Position numbers and translations under genes: made by a program
Notes under the pieces: generated by a model
Told to the model about the DNA's origin: nothing
The model's input: only the letters and a program-made list of their open reading frames with translations
The model's database searches: none
Assembly: GCA_037440025.1 (NCBI GenBank)
Contig: JBBIUX010000004.1
Location: forward strand, 4,290-68,289
Reading direction: 5' to 3'
From: Candidatus Fraserbacteria bacterium
Lineage (GTDB): Bacteria > Bipolaricaulota > Bipolaricaulia > RBG-16-55-9 > DRXL01
Length of the DNA stretch: 64,000 nt
Shown here: positions 28,721 through 37,235 of the stretch, in pieces
How positions within the stretch are numbered: the stretch's first letter is position 1
How the letters are laid out: each line of letters starts with the position of its first letter

Positions 28721-29862
28721 TTCTCAAGGAGGATTCCGTGAGGTACACCAGCGTTTTGTTCTTTTATCTCAGCACGGTGAGCTACTTTGTCACGTTTGTG
28801 CTGTATCTGCTCCACGTCGTGCTGAAGAGCTCCCCTCACCCCGCGCCCTCTCCCTTGAGGGGAGAGAGATGGGGTGAGAGGACGTTGAGCATCGTCGCGC
28901 CGAGCTCTTCAGGGGGGTTATCGAATATTCATTGGGGAATCTGGGCGACTCGCGCCCTGATAGTCAGTCTCTTGATCTCCAGTGCCGGTGTGATCGCCCG
29001 CGCCATCGAACTGGGCAATGCATCCCAATGGGTCAAGATGTTCTTCTTGCCCCTTTCGACAACCTATGAGACCTTGACTTTCTTCTCGTGGTTGATCCCG
29101 GTAGTGTATTTCTTGATGGAGCGAAAGTTTGGGATCAAGCAAGTGGGTGTCTTCGTCACTGGAGCGGCGTTTGTGATGCTGGCAATAGCCGCATCACCGA
29201 GTTTTGCGCCGAGCGCTCCCACAGGCGTTCCCGCGAGCTTACAAAGCTACTGGCTGACAACGCACGTGCTCTTTATGATCACTGGGATCGCGTTCTTTAC
29301 AAGTGGTTTCGGAGCGACGCTGCTCTATCTGTGGCGCCGCTATGGGAAGACTATGTTTCTCTTGTTCGGGGCGCTGCTCGCCGTCATCGCGGGTATCATC
29401 TTGTTCGTGATCCCGCTGTTTGCTACGTTGCAAACGCCCAAGATGCTTGCCGCTGCAGCACTCTTCATAACGCTCTGTACGGGCTTCAGTTGGCTGTTGC
29501 TTTTTGTGCATCGCGAAAGCCAGGCTGTCGCTTGGCAGAGCTTAGAAAACGTCGAAGAGATGATCTATCGTTCTATCGCTATTGGGTTCCCCTTCTATGC
29601 TATTGGGGGATTGGTCTTTGGGGGCATCTGGGCCGAGCAGGCTTGGAGTCGCTACTGGGGCTGGGACCCCAAGGAGACAGCGATGCTCGTTACGGCGTTG
29701 GTCTATGCTGTCTATCTACATGCCCGACTGACCTGGGGAGCGCGTGATCCCGGCTGGCGCGGTGGCTTGGTGGCTTGGCTGTCAGTCTTCGGGTATCTCG
29801 CCGTGCTGTATGCCTGGATCGGGATTAATTACTTTGTAGCCAGCTTGCACAGTTTCGTTTGA
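28717..29862 (+). CDS. Cytochrome c biogenesis protein CcsA/ResC (heme handling). It carries an in-frame palindromic-element insertion near the N-terminus.
   Basis: WWD/Trp-rich heme-handling domain WGWDPKETAMLVTALVYAVYLHARL...W..F. There is a 4-bp overlap with ccsB. Repeat copy R4 encodes ...SSPHPAPSPLRGERWGER... Confidence 0.85.
   Translation: MILKEDSVRYTSVLFFYLSTVSYFVTFVLYLLHVVLKSSPHPAPSPLRGERWGERTLSIVAPSSSGGLSNIHWGIWATRALIVSLLISSAGVIARAIELGNASQWVKMFFLPLSTTYETLTFFSWLIPVVYFLMERKFGIKQVGVFVTGAAFVMLAIAASPSFAPSAPTGVPASLQSYWLTTHVLFMITGIAFFTSGFGATLLYLWRRYGKTMFLLFGALLAVIAGIILFVIPLFATLQTPKMLAAAALFITLCTGFSWLLLFVHRESQAVAWQSLENVEEMIYRSIAIGFPFYAIGGLVFGGIWAEQAWSRYWGWDPKETAMLVTALVYAVYLHARLTWGARDPGWRGGLVAWLSVFGYLAVLYAWIGINYFVASLHSFV
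28832..28881. repeat. Palindromic element copy R4 (short), inside the ccsA-like CDS and in frame.
   Basis: CCCCTCACCCCGCGCCCTCTCCC-TTGA-GGGGAGAGAGATGGGGTGAGAGG inverted repeats. Confidence 0.7.
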
Positions 29863-29910
29863 AACTTGCGTTCTTCTTGATGGTGCGCTAAACTATCTAT
29901 TCGAAGGAGC

Positions 29911-30225
29911 TTGTTGCCTATGCTTCGTCCACCGATCTGTGACTCACCTTTCCCGGCCACATCCCAACTCCTGCTGTGCGGCAAGATTGACGAGCGCGAC
30001 GGCAAAGAGATCGAGGTCCGCACCACTGGTCGCCAAGAGGATTACAAATCCTACTGCTACGTTCTCCAACGTGGCACAGGCTATGGTGCGGTCGAACTCG
30101 AAGCCTATAAAAACGAACTCGACGCCCGCGAAGGACATCTACGTTGGTTGCGTCGGCGTGAGCGCTGCCTTTCGTATCTTGAGGCACTGGGGATCATCTG
30201 TCGCGACGGACACCTCTGGAGCTAA
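29911..30225 (+). CDS. Hypothetical Cys-containing small protein.
   Basis: An AAGGAG RBS about 10 nt upstream. No recognisable domain. Several overlapping ORFs exist in other frames. Confidence 0.3.
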   Translation: MLPMLRPPICDSPFPATSQLLLCGKIDERDGKEIEVRTTGRQEDYKSYCYVLQRGTGYGAVELEAYKNELDAREGHLRWLRRRERCLSYLEALGIICRDGHLWS

Positions 30226-30505
30226 GAAGAAAAGGCGGCCTTCTGGCCGCCTATAGGAGGTGAGAGGGTTTGCGACTGCTTGGCTGCGCCCCGCTCCCAT
30301 CGGGGAAAATCCCATCCGCCTCCTATGGCAGACGGGCAAAACCCCGACTGTGAAGTCTTCCAGGGGCTCCTCAGCCAAGCCCAAGGAGGTGATTACACTT
30401 CACTATAAACGGCTTTTGTGTTTCTGTCAGTAACCGGCCTTACACTGGTAGATGATTTTTCAAAATACCCGTTTTCATCCAATATACACTATACACTATA
30501 CACTG

Positions 30506-31468
30506 TTACAGGTACGCTGCCGATTTCACCCAGTGCACTGTTTCGCGCAGGCCCTCGTCCAGAGAAGCTTTCGGCTCAAACCGCAAGAGGCGCTGCGCCT
30601 TAGAAATATCCAGCGCGTTGCGTTGCAACTCCCCTGGGCGCGGCGGAGCGTAGCGAGCATCACGCTCTCTTCCGAGCACTTGTGAAAATCTCTTCCGTAA
30701 TTCGTTGACGCTCGTCGCGCGCCCTGTCCCCACGTTAAAAGCGAGATCGTCTATAGAGCGTGCCGGGGCGCGATTGATCTCGTGAATCTGTTCGGTGGCC
30801 AGAAGATTCGCCGTGACGACATCCCTCACGAAGACGAAGTCGCGCGTCTGAGAGCCGTCGCCGAAGATCGTGACCGGCTCGTCCTGAAGAAATTGTCTTG
30901 AGAACGTGCTTATGACATTCGCTTCGCTCTTGGGAGTCTGGCGGGGTCCATACACGTTGGCATAGCGCAGCGCGATGTACTCTAAGCCATGAGTTTGCTT
31001 GTAGCTGAACAGATAGAACTCGCTGGTGAGCTTGGCAACACCATAGGGGCTGATGGGCTTTTTGGGAGCATCCTCCGGCACAGGAAGTCTTTCCGGCTCT
31101 CCGTAAATGACACCACCAGACGAGATAAAGATCAGCTTTTTGACAGAAAACTCTCGGCAGGCTTCCAGGAGGTTCAATAGCCCAACAATGTTCACGCGGG
31201 CATCAACCTGGGGATCTCGAACCGAAACCCGCACGTCGACTTGGGCCGCATGGTGATTGACCAGATCGAACTGCTCGCTGGCGAAGACCTCTCTCACCGC
31301 AGCGCCATCTGAGAGATCAACTTGATAGAATCGTGCTTTGGGGTTGACGAATTCCCGGCGCCCGGTCGAGAGATTGTCGAGCACCGTGACGTCATGTCCT
31401 TGGGCTATATACGCATCAGCAACGTGCGAGCCAATGAACCCTGCCCCACCAGTCACTAAGATCTTCAT
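30506..31468 (-). CDS. NAD-dependent epimerase/dehydratase (UDP-sugar 4-epimerase/decarboxylase-like SDR).
   Basis: MKILVTGGAGFIGSHV Rossmann motif and a YxxxK SDR catalytic context. Its ATG overlaps the nusB stop (ATGA). Confidence 0.85.
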   Translation of the reverse strand: MKILVTGGAGFIGSHVADAYIAQGHDVTVLDNLSTGRREFVNPKARFYQVDLSDGAAVREVFASEQFDLVNHHAAQVDVRVSVRDPQVDARVNIVGLLNLLEACREFSVKKLIFISSGGVIYGEPERLPVPEDAPKKPISPYGVAKLTSEFYLFSYKQTHGLEYIALRYANVYGPRQTPKSEANVISTFSRQFLQDEPVTIFGDGSQTRDFVFVRDVVTANLLATEQIHEINRAPARSIDDLAFNVGTGRATSVNELRKRFSQVLGRERDARYAPPRPGELQRNALDISKAQRLLRFEPKASLDEGLRETVHWVKSAAYL

Positions 31469-31884
31469 AATGGCTGCTCTCTGTGAGACCGTTCGCATTG
31501 CAGTTTTTTCCAGATGCGGTCGAGAATGCCATTGATGAAAACTGGTGAATGCTCGCCGCTATATTTTTTGGCGAGCTCAACGGCTTCGTCAATGACCGCT
31601 TGCGGAGGAACGTCGTCGCGATAGCACAGCTCATAGATAGCAAGACGCAAGATATTTCGGTCGACAGAATGCAGGCGCTCTAGTCGCCAGCCTTCGGCCT
31701 TCTCGGCAATTAACGTATCAATCTCAGACCGTTTGCTCTCTAAGCCGTGCAAGATGTCTTGCACGTAAGGATCATCGGTCGGTTGCTCAGTCAACAGTTC
31801 CGGCCAGCTGACGGAGCGAAAATCTTTCTGAAAGAGCATTTTCAGAATTCGTTCACGTGCGGCGCGGCGCGTTAAGGTCTTCAT
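31465..31884 (-). CDS. nusB: Transcription antitermination factor NusB.
   Basis: 139 aa with a NusB-family sequence (ARERILKMLFQ...AIYEL). Confidence 0.85.
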   Translation of the reverse strand: MKTLTRRAARERILKMLFQKDFRSVSWPELLTEQPTDDPYVQDILHGLESKRSEIDTLIAEKAEGWRLERLHSVDRNILRLAIYELCYRDDVPPQAVIDEAVELAKKYSGEHSPVFINGILDRIWKKLQCERSHREQPL

Positions 31885-32072
31885 CGGTAGAAAAACGAGA
31901 GGAGATCGCGCACTCGCTCACGCAGCTCTTCCGATTCAAAGAGCTTGCCAATGACAAACCCTAGCCCTGCCAGAAATAAAATCAAAAATAATCGCACACC
32001 CAGCCAGACCCACAAAACCCCCACCAGCACGCCTATGATGGCACCCAAGGCGCTCGGGGACAAGCGCGTCAT
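31881..32072 (-). CDS. Small membrane protein, DUF2273-like, associated with an Asp23 operon.
   Basis: 63 aa, a single hydrophobic hairpin. Position between amaP-like and nusB matches the Firmicutes asp23 locus. Confidence 0.5.
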   Translation of the reverse strand: MTRLSPSALGAIIGVLVGVLWVWLGVRLFLILFLAGLGFVIGKLFESEELRERVRDLLSFFYR

Positions 32073-32659
32073 CAGTCAACTTCTCCTTCGCCGCGAAAGA
32101 GCAGGCGCTCTTCCATGCCTTCGCCGGCGATGCCCGCCGCAATCACTTGCACCAGGTGCACCTTGACGCCGACCCGGTCTTCTACGCTCTCTTCGATAGA
32201 CTGCTGAATTTTTTCGGCGGTATCGAGAACGTTTCGGCCGATGGGCAGCTCGGCACGAACGAAGACGTGCAAACCATCGCCTGTTTTTTCCAAGGCAACC
32301 CGATAGCGCCGCAAACCGAACTCGTGCGCCAGAATTCGCTCGATATAAGAACGAATCGCGAAGAGCGAGATCTCGATGGGCCCGCGCGGCCCTTCATGCT
32401 GGATGCGTTTCCAGCGTCGTCGCGCTTGCAGCAGCTGGGCCAAAAAATAGAACCCCATCAAAAAGAGAAGCAACGCAAAGATGTCCAGCAGCACCGTGAC
32501 CCAAATAGTACCGGAAGCCGCAAGGAAAACATCCCACACTTTATTTGGCCGATGCGACACGCTGAATGTTATCCATAGCAGCCCTGCTGTCACCGCCCAG
32601 CAGACCAGAAACGCCCCAGCAAACAGCACTTCAGCCAGATAATCAACAGTCCGTTTCAC
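32072..32659 (-). CDS. Alkaline shock response membrane anchor protein AmaP-like.
   Basis: N-terminal transmembrane helices plus a soluble domain. It lies directly downstream of the Asp23-family gene. Confidence 0.5.
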   Translation of the reverse strand: MKRTVDYLAEVLFAGAFLVCWAVTAGLLWITFSVSHRPNKVWDVFLAASGTIWVTVLLDIFALLLFLMGFYFLAQLLQARRRWKRIQHEGPRGPIEISLFAIRSYIERILAHEFGLRRYRVALEKTGDGLHVFVRAELPIGRNVLDTAEKIQQSIEESVEDRVGVKVHLVQVIAAGIAGEGMEERLLFRGEGEVD

Positions 32660-33105
32660 ATCTCCTCCTTCTTTTTTGTGGCCTTATGATGCTGGTGCTC
32701 CACCTCGAGCTTCTTTTCGCCGATATCGAGTTCCTGCACATAGACATCCACGGCGTGCACGAGCAGCCCGGTCATGCCTTCGATCTCCTGTTTCACTTTG
32801 ACCTGCACTTTCTGGGCGACTTCATGAATAGGGTATCCGTACTGAATGACCGCCTTGAGACGAATCCGGATGGACTGGTCTCCAGTGAGCTGAGCGGCTA
32901 CCCCTCTGCCGCGGCGCTCCTCGCCGCCCAGCAGCGACGCCAAGCCGTCGGCCACTGTGCCCTTGAGTCCACTGATACCAGCCACTTCTTGAGCGGCAAT
33001 GCTGGCAATCGAGCTGACTACTTCCTCTGCAATGGAGACGCGTCCGCGCCAGCCGGATCGCTTTAGCGCTTTTCGTTCGTTAGGCATAGCTTCAGCGATT
33101 GACAC
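32656..33105 (-). CDS. Asp23/Gls24 family envelope stress protein.
   Basis: VVSSIASIAAQEVAGISGL... and the repeat architecture typical of Asp23 (DUF322). Confidence 0.8.
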   Translation of the reverse strand: MSIAEAMPNERKALKRSGWRGRVSIAEEVVSSIASIAAQEVAGISGLKGTVADGLASLLGGEERRGRGVAAQLTGDQSIRIRLKAVIQYGYPIHEVAQKVQVKVKQEIEGMTGLLVHAVDVYVQELDIGEKKLEVEHQHHKATKKKEEM

Positions 33106-33652
33106 GCTCCACGTACTGTCCGGTTCGCGTGTCCACTTTCACCCAGTCTCCAACATTGATAAAGAGTGGGACTTTCAGCTCCAACCCAGTTTCTAACACA
33201 GCGGGCTTCATGACGTTGCTCACGGTGTCGCCGCGCACGCCGGGATCCGTCTGTTTCACCTGAAGCTCGATTGTGAGCGGCAGATCAACTCTTATGAACG
33301 AGCCCTCATAGAAGAGCCCTGAGAGTTCTGTATTCTCTTTTAAATAGGGTTTGACATCGGCTACTTGCTCCTCGGTCAACGAGTATTGATCATACGTTTC
33401 CGTATCCATGAACGTATAGAGATTGCCGCTGTTATACAGATATTGCATGGGGCGCTCATCGAGGCGCACGATTTTGACCGGTGCCGAGTCGAAAAAGTTC
33501 TGTGGGATGACCTTGCCGGTCTTAATGTGTCTCAGACGGCACTGGGCCACGGGCCTTCCCTGCGCCTTCTTCACGTGCGCATAGTCTTCAATAATCCACA
33601 GTTCGCTTTCGTATTCGATCACTTTGCCTTTGCCCAGATCACTGACACCCAT
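33092..33652 (-). CDS. efp: Translation elongation factor P.
   Basis: 186 aa with the KOW-like N-terminus and conserved EF-P segments (GKGxAxVR analogue KKAQGRPVAQCRLRHIKTGKV, then KPAVLETGLELKVPLF). Confidence 0.9.
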   Translation of the reverse strand: MGVSDLGKGKVIEYESELWIIEDYAHVKKAQGRPVAQCRLRHIKTGKVIPQNFFDSAPVKIVRLDERPMQYLYNSGNLYTFMDTETYDQYSLTEEQVADVKPYLKENTELSGLFYEGSFIRVDLPLTIELQVKQTDPGVRGDTVSNVMKPAVLETGLELKVPLFINVGDWVKVDTRTGQYVERVNR

Positions 33653-33665
33653 GTCTTAGCCTCCC

Positions 33666-34547
33666 TTATCCCTTGTCGGTTGCGATCACCGTCTCGGGTT
33701 TCTTTTCAGTAAATCTGATGACCCACAATGTTGTTTCGTACAGGACAATCAAGGGGATAGCCATGGTCATCATTGTAAACGGATCTTGTGTCGGCGTGAG
33801 GACTGCGCCGAGAACGAGAGCCAAGACTACGGCGTATTTGCGTTTCTCCCGCAAGAACGTATGGGAGACCAGTCCGATCTTCGCCAATAAAAAGAGCACG
33901 ACCGGCAGCTCAAACGAGAGCCCAAACCCCAACATAAACCAGAGAATGAACGAGATATAATTATCGAACGTAAACGCTGCTTGCAAATAGTCGCCCCCAA
34001 GCTCAAGGAGAAACTTGACAGCGAGGGGGACAACAAAGAAGAGACAGCCGAACGCGCCGAGATAGAAGAGCCCTGCGCCCGCTAAAAACCCGTAGCGCGC
34101 GTATTTTTTCTCGTGAGGGAAGAGCGCCGGCACGATAAATTGCCAAATCTGATACAAAACAAAGGGCGCGCCGATGAGCAACCCGATGAAGAAAGCCAAC
34201 TTAATATAGCCGAAAAAGACCTCCGTGGGCCGAATGAAGATCAAGCTCCCGCCTTGAAAGAGAAAGCGGCGGCAATCAAAAGCCAGTTTGGCCCACTGAT
34301 CCTCGGCAAGTTGGGTGGAGCTTTGTTCTGTAAGCAGCGTTCGGCAGGATTCCAGAAGCCGCAGAAGATCAGAGCGCGAGCCGCCGAGTTCGCGCAAAGG
34401 GGTCGTGAGAAAGGCCATAATGTGCTCGCGGAAGATATACGCGACAATCGCAATGGATACAATCACCAGCAGCGAATAGACCACGCGGCCTCGCAGCTCA
34501 TCCAAATGCTCGATCAAACTCATTTGATTTGGGTCCTTCTTGGCCAT
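33666..34547 (-). CDS. tatC: Twin-arginine translocase subunit TatC.
   Basis: Six-helix TatC topology. N-terminus MSLIEHLDELRGRV. Confidence 0.85.
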   Translation of the reverse strand: MAKKDPNQMSLIEHLDELRGRVVYSLLVIVSIAIVAYIFREHIMAFLTTPLRELGGSRSDLLRLLESCRTLLTEQSSTQLAEDQWAKLAFDCRRFLFQGGSLIFIRPTEVFFGYIKLAFFIGLLIGAPFVLYQIWQFIVPALFPHEKKYARYGFLAGAGLFYLGAFGCLFFVVPLAVKFLLELGGDYLQAAFTFDNYISFILWFMLGFGLSFELPVVLFLLAKIGLVSHTFLREKRKYAVVLALVLGAVLTPTQDPFTMMTMAIPLIVLYETTLWVIRFTEKKPETVIATDKG

Positions 34548-34961
34548 AGGTTCCGCGAGCGAACAGCTCTTGAATTGGGCTTATCTGGATTATACGGAGC
34601 TGGGACTAGAAAGGCAAACGCTGAGAACCAGTGATGCGGCCCCAGCTGCACTCAGCACAAGAGCGGCCACATCACTCGCCCGTTGATTTTCTCCATAGAA
34701 ACAAAGGGCTTTCCGAAGGGGGAGCGCTCATGCTTTAATTGGCGTCCTATCAGTAATTTTGCCGCCCTTGTCGCGAAAGATCTTTTTTATCTTTCCGGCG
34801 ACCTCGTTCGCATGCACCTAGCAACCCGAGCTGATTTTCTGTCAAACAGAACCGCGAAAAGTGATTGAGCAGCGTCTCTCTTCCGTCCTAGCAATCGCAA
34901 CCCCGATCTTGTAAAATACCCCGCTGTACATCTCTAAATTTTTTACCGAGGAGGTCGAACT

Positions 34962-36887
34962 ATGATCGTCAAGCTGCCCGACGGACGGATTGTGGAGCAC
35001 AACGGCCCTGCGACTCTGAAGGATGTGCTCGCCACGACGAATAAGGAGCTTCTCAAGACCACCGTCGGCGCCAAGCTTGGCGGTGAGATCGTTGACTTTC
35101 ACAAACTGCTGCCCGCCGACGCACAAGTCGAGCTGATCCCGCTCGACTCGCCCGAAGGGGCTCAGATCTATCGGCACAGCTACTCGCATATCATGGCGCA
35201 AGCCGTGAAGAGGCTCTTCCCCGGCGTCAAATTGGCTATCGGCCCGGCCATCGAAGACGGCTTCTACTATGACTTCGACGTCGAAAAACCCTTCACACCC
35301 GAAGACTTAGAAAAGATCGCAGCCGAGATGAAGAAGATCGTCAAGGAGAACTATAAGTTTGAGCGATTAGAAGTCTCCAAGGACGAAGCGCGACACTTCG
35401 TGAAGGACGAGCCGTACAAGCTCGAACTCTTGGATGAAATCCCCGACGAAGGGGTCTCGTTCTATCGGGATGGGGATTTTATAGATCTCTGTCGCGGGCC
35501 ACACATTTTAGGGACCGGACAAGTTAAGCACTTTAAGCTCTTAAGCGTCGCCGGGGCGTACTGGCGCGGCGATGAACGCAATAAGATGCTCCAGCGCATC
35601 TACGGCACGGCGTTCGCTACCACAGAGGCTCTCGAACAGCATCTGCAGATGCTCGAAGAGGCCAAGAAGCGCGACCATAGAAAGCTGGGCAAAGAGCTGG
35701 AAATCTTCTTCTTCGATGACGAAGTGGGGCCGGGGTTGCCCCTGTGGCTGCCCAAGGGCGCGGTCATTATCGAAGAACTAGAGAAGTTAGCCAAAGAGAC
35801 CGAAGCCAAGGCGGGCTATGTCCGGGTGCGCACCCCGCACATCTGCAAAGAGTCTATGTATCTGCGCAGCGGGCATCTGCCGTACTATCAAGACTTGATG
35901 TACCCGCCGATGGAACTAGAGGGTGTCAAGTACTATCTCAAGCCGATGAACTGCCCGCATCATCATAAGATCTTTGCCGCCGTGCCACGGAGCTATCGTG
36001 ATCTGCCTTTAAGACTAGCCGAGTATGGCACTTGCTATCGCTATGAGAAATCCGGCGAACTGTTCGGGCTGATGCGCGTGCGCAGTATGCAGATGAACGA
36101 CGCCCATATCTATTGCTCTCTGGAGCAGTTCGAGAGCGAGTTTTTGGCCGTGTGTCAAATGTATCTCGATTACTTCAAGCTCTTCGGGATCGAAAAATAT
36201 CTGATGCGCTTCAGCACTCACGACCTCAAAGGGCTTGGCAAAAAATACGTCAACGAGCCGGAGCTCTGGAAACAGACTGAAGAGATGGTCCGCCGGACCC
36301 TCAAGAACGGCGGGATCAACTACGCCGAAGTTCCGGGTGAGGCCGCGTTCTACGGCCCCAAGATTGACGTGCAAGTCTGGAGCGCCATCGGGCGCGAGTT
36401 CACGCTAGCCACCAATCAAGTAGACTTTGCTGTCCCCCGACGCTTCGGGTTGGTGTATAAGAACGCGCAAGGACAAGACGAAACCCCCATCTGTATTCAT
36501 CGCGCTCCCTTGAGCACGCACGAACGCTTTATCGGGTTTTTGATTGAGCACTACGCCGGGGCGTTTCCCATCTGGCTCGCGCCGGTGCAGGCCGTCGTGC
36601 TGCCCATCACCGACCGTCAGCATGAGTACGCTGAGAAAGTGCTGCAGGGATTAAAGGACGCAGGCATCCGGGCGGAGCTTGACAGCGGCAGCCATACGCT
36701 GAACTATCGGATTCGCCAAGCGCAAACTCAGAAAATCCCCTATATGTTGATTATTGGGGATCGCGAGGCGCAGAGCGAGCAAGTCGCGATTCGTCTGCGC
36801 ACTGAGCAGGACCTGGGCGCAACGCTGCTCGCGGAGGCTATTAAGATGATCTCTGAAAAGATCGTCACCCGCTCTGCGGAACTGTGA
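34962..36887 (+). CDS. thrS: Threonyl-tRNA synthetase.
   Basis: TGS N-terminal domain, class II core motifs and a C-terminal anticodon-binding domain. 641 aa. Confidence 0.95.
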   Translation: MIVKLPDGRIVEHNGPATLKDVLATTNKELLKTTVGAKLGGEIVDFHKLLPADAQVELIPLDSPEGAQIYRHSYSHIMAQAVKRLFPGVKLAIGPAIEDGFYYDFDVEKPFTPEDLEKIAAEMKKIVKENYKFERLEVSKDEARHFVKDEPYKLELLDEIPDEGVSFYRDGDFIDLCRGPHILGTGQVKHFKLLSVAGAYWRGDERNKMLQRIYGTAFATTEALEQHLQMLEEAKKRDHRKLGKELEIFFFDDEVGPGLPLWLPKGAVIIEELEKLAKETEAKAGYVRVRTPHICKESMYLRSGHLPYYQDLMYPPMELEGVKYYLKPMNCPHHHKIFAAVPRSYRDLPLRLAEYGTCYRYEKSGELFGLMRVRSMQMNDAHIYCSLEQFESEFLAVCQMYLDYFKLFGIEKYLMRFSTHDLKGLGKKYVNEPELWKQTEEMVRRTLKNGGINYAEVPGEAAFYGPKIDVQVWSAIGREFTLATNQVDFAVPRRFGLVYKNAQGQDETPICIHRAPLSTHERFIGFLIEHYAGAFPIWLAPVQAVVLPITDRQHEYAEKVLQGLKDAGIRAELDSGSHTLNYRIRQAQTQKIPYMLIIGDREAQSEQVAIRLRTEQDLGATLLAEAIKMISEKIVTRSAEL

Positions 36888-36897
36888 AGCAAAAAGG

Positions 36898-36957
36898 AGG
36901 GCCCGGCAGGACCCCACTCCTGCCGGGCGGGCCTGCACCCTCGAAACGTTCGGGCAA
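36898..36957 (+). terminator. Two tandem GC-rich hairpins downstream of thrS (CCCGGCAGG..CCTGCCGGG and CTCGAAACGTT..AACGTTTCGAG).
   Basis: Inverted repeats read directly. There is no clear U-tract, so this is not a canonical intrinsic terminator. Confidence 0.4.
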
Positions 36958-37235
36958 AACGTTTCGAGTAAGTCTATCGGAGGGTCAAGTGGATAATCGA
37001 GAGAAACGAAGCCAGGGCTGCCAAAGTTGTCAGGAGCGCTGAGCCGGCTAGGATGACCTGTCGAGATCGTGAGAGCGTCTTCATTGCTACATTCCCCCTT
37101 GGTTGTCTTGCTACCCCAAGCATAGCAAACCCAGGGTGCCGAGTCTGTACCGGCAAAGTGAAAATTTCGTGAAAACGAAAACCCCCTCGCTCACTTCTGA
37201 GCAAGGGGGTTCTCTCTAAAGTTTTAGTAAACGCT

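Noticed and set aside
34548-34961. T-box leader upstream of thrS
   Set aside because: No T-box consensus (AATTAGGGTGGTACCGCG-like) or specifier/antiterminator arrangement is visible.
36974-37230. Small ORFs 36974..37204 and 37216..37425 near the thrS terminator and the adhesin 3' end
   Set aside because: No RBS. They overlap the terminator hairpins and the adhesin stop region and have low-complexity translations.
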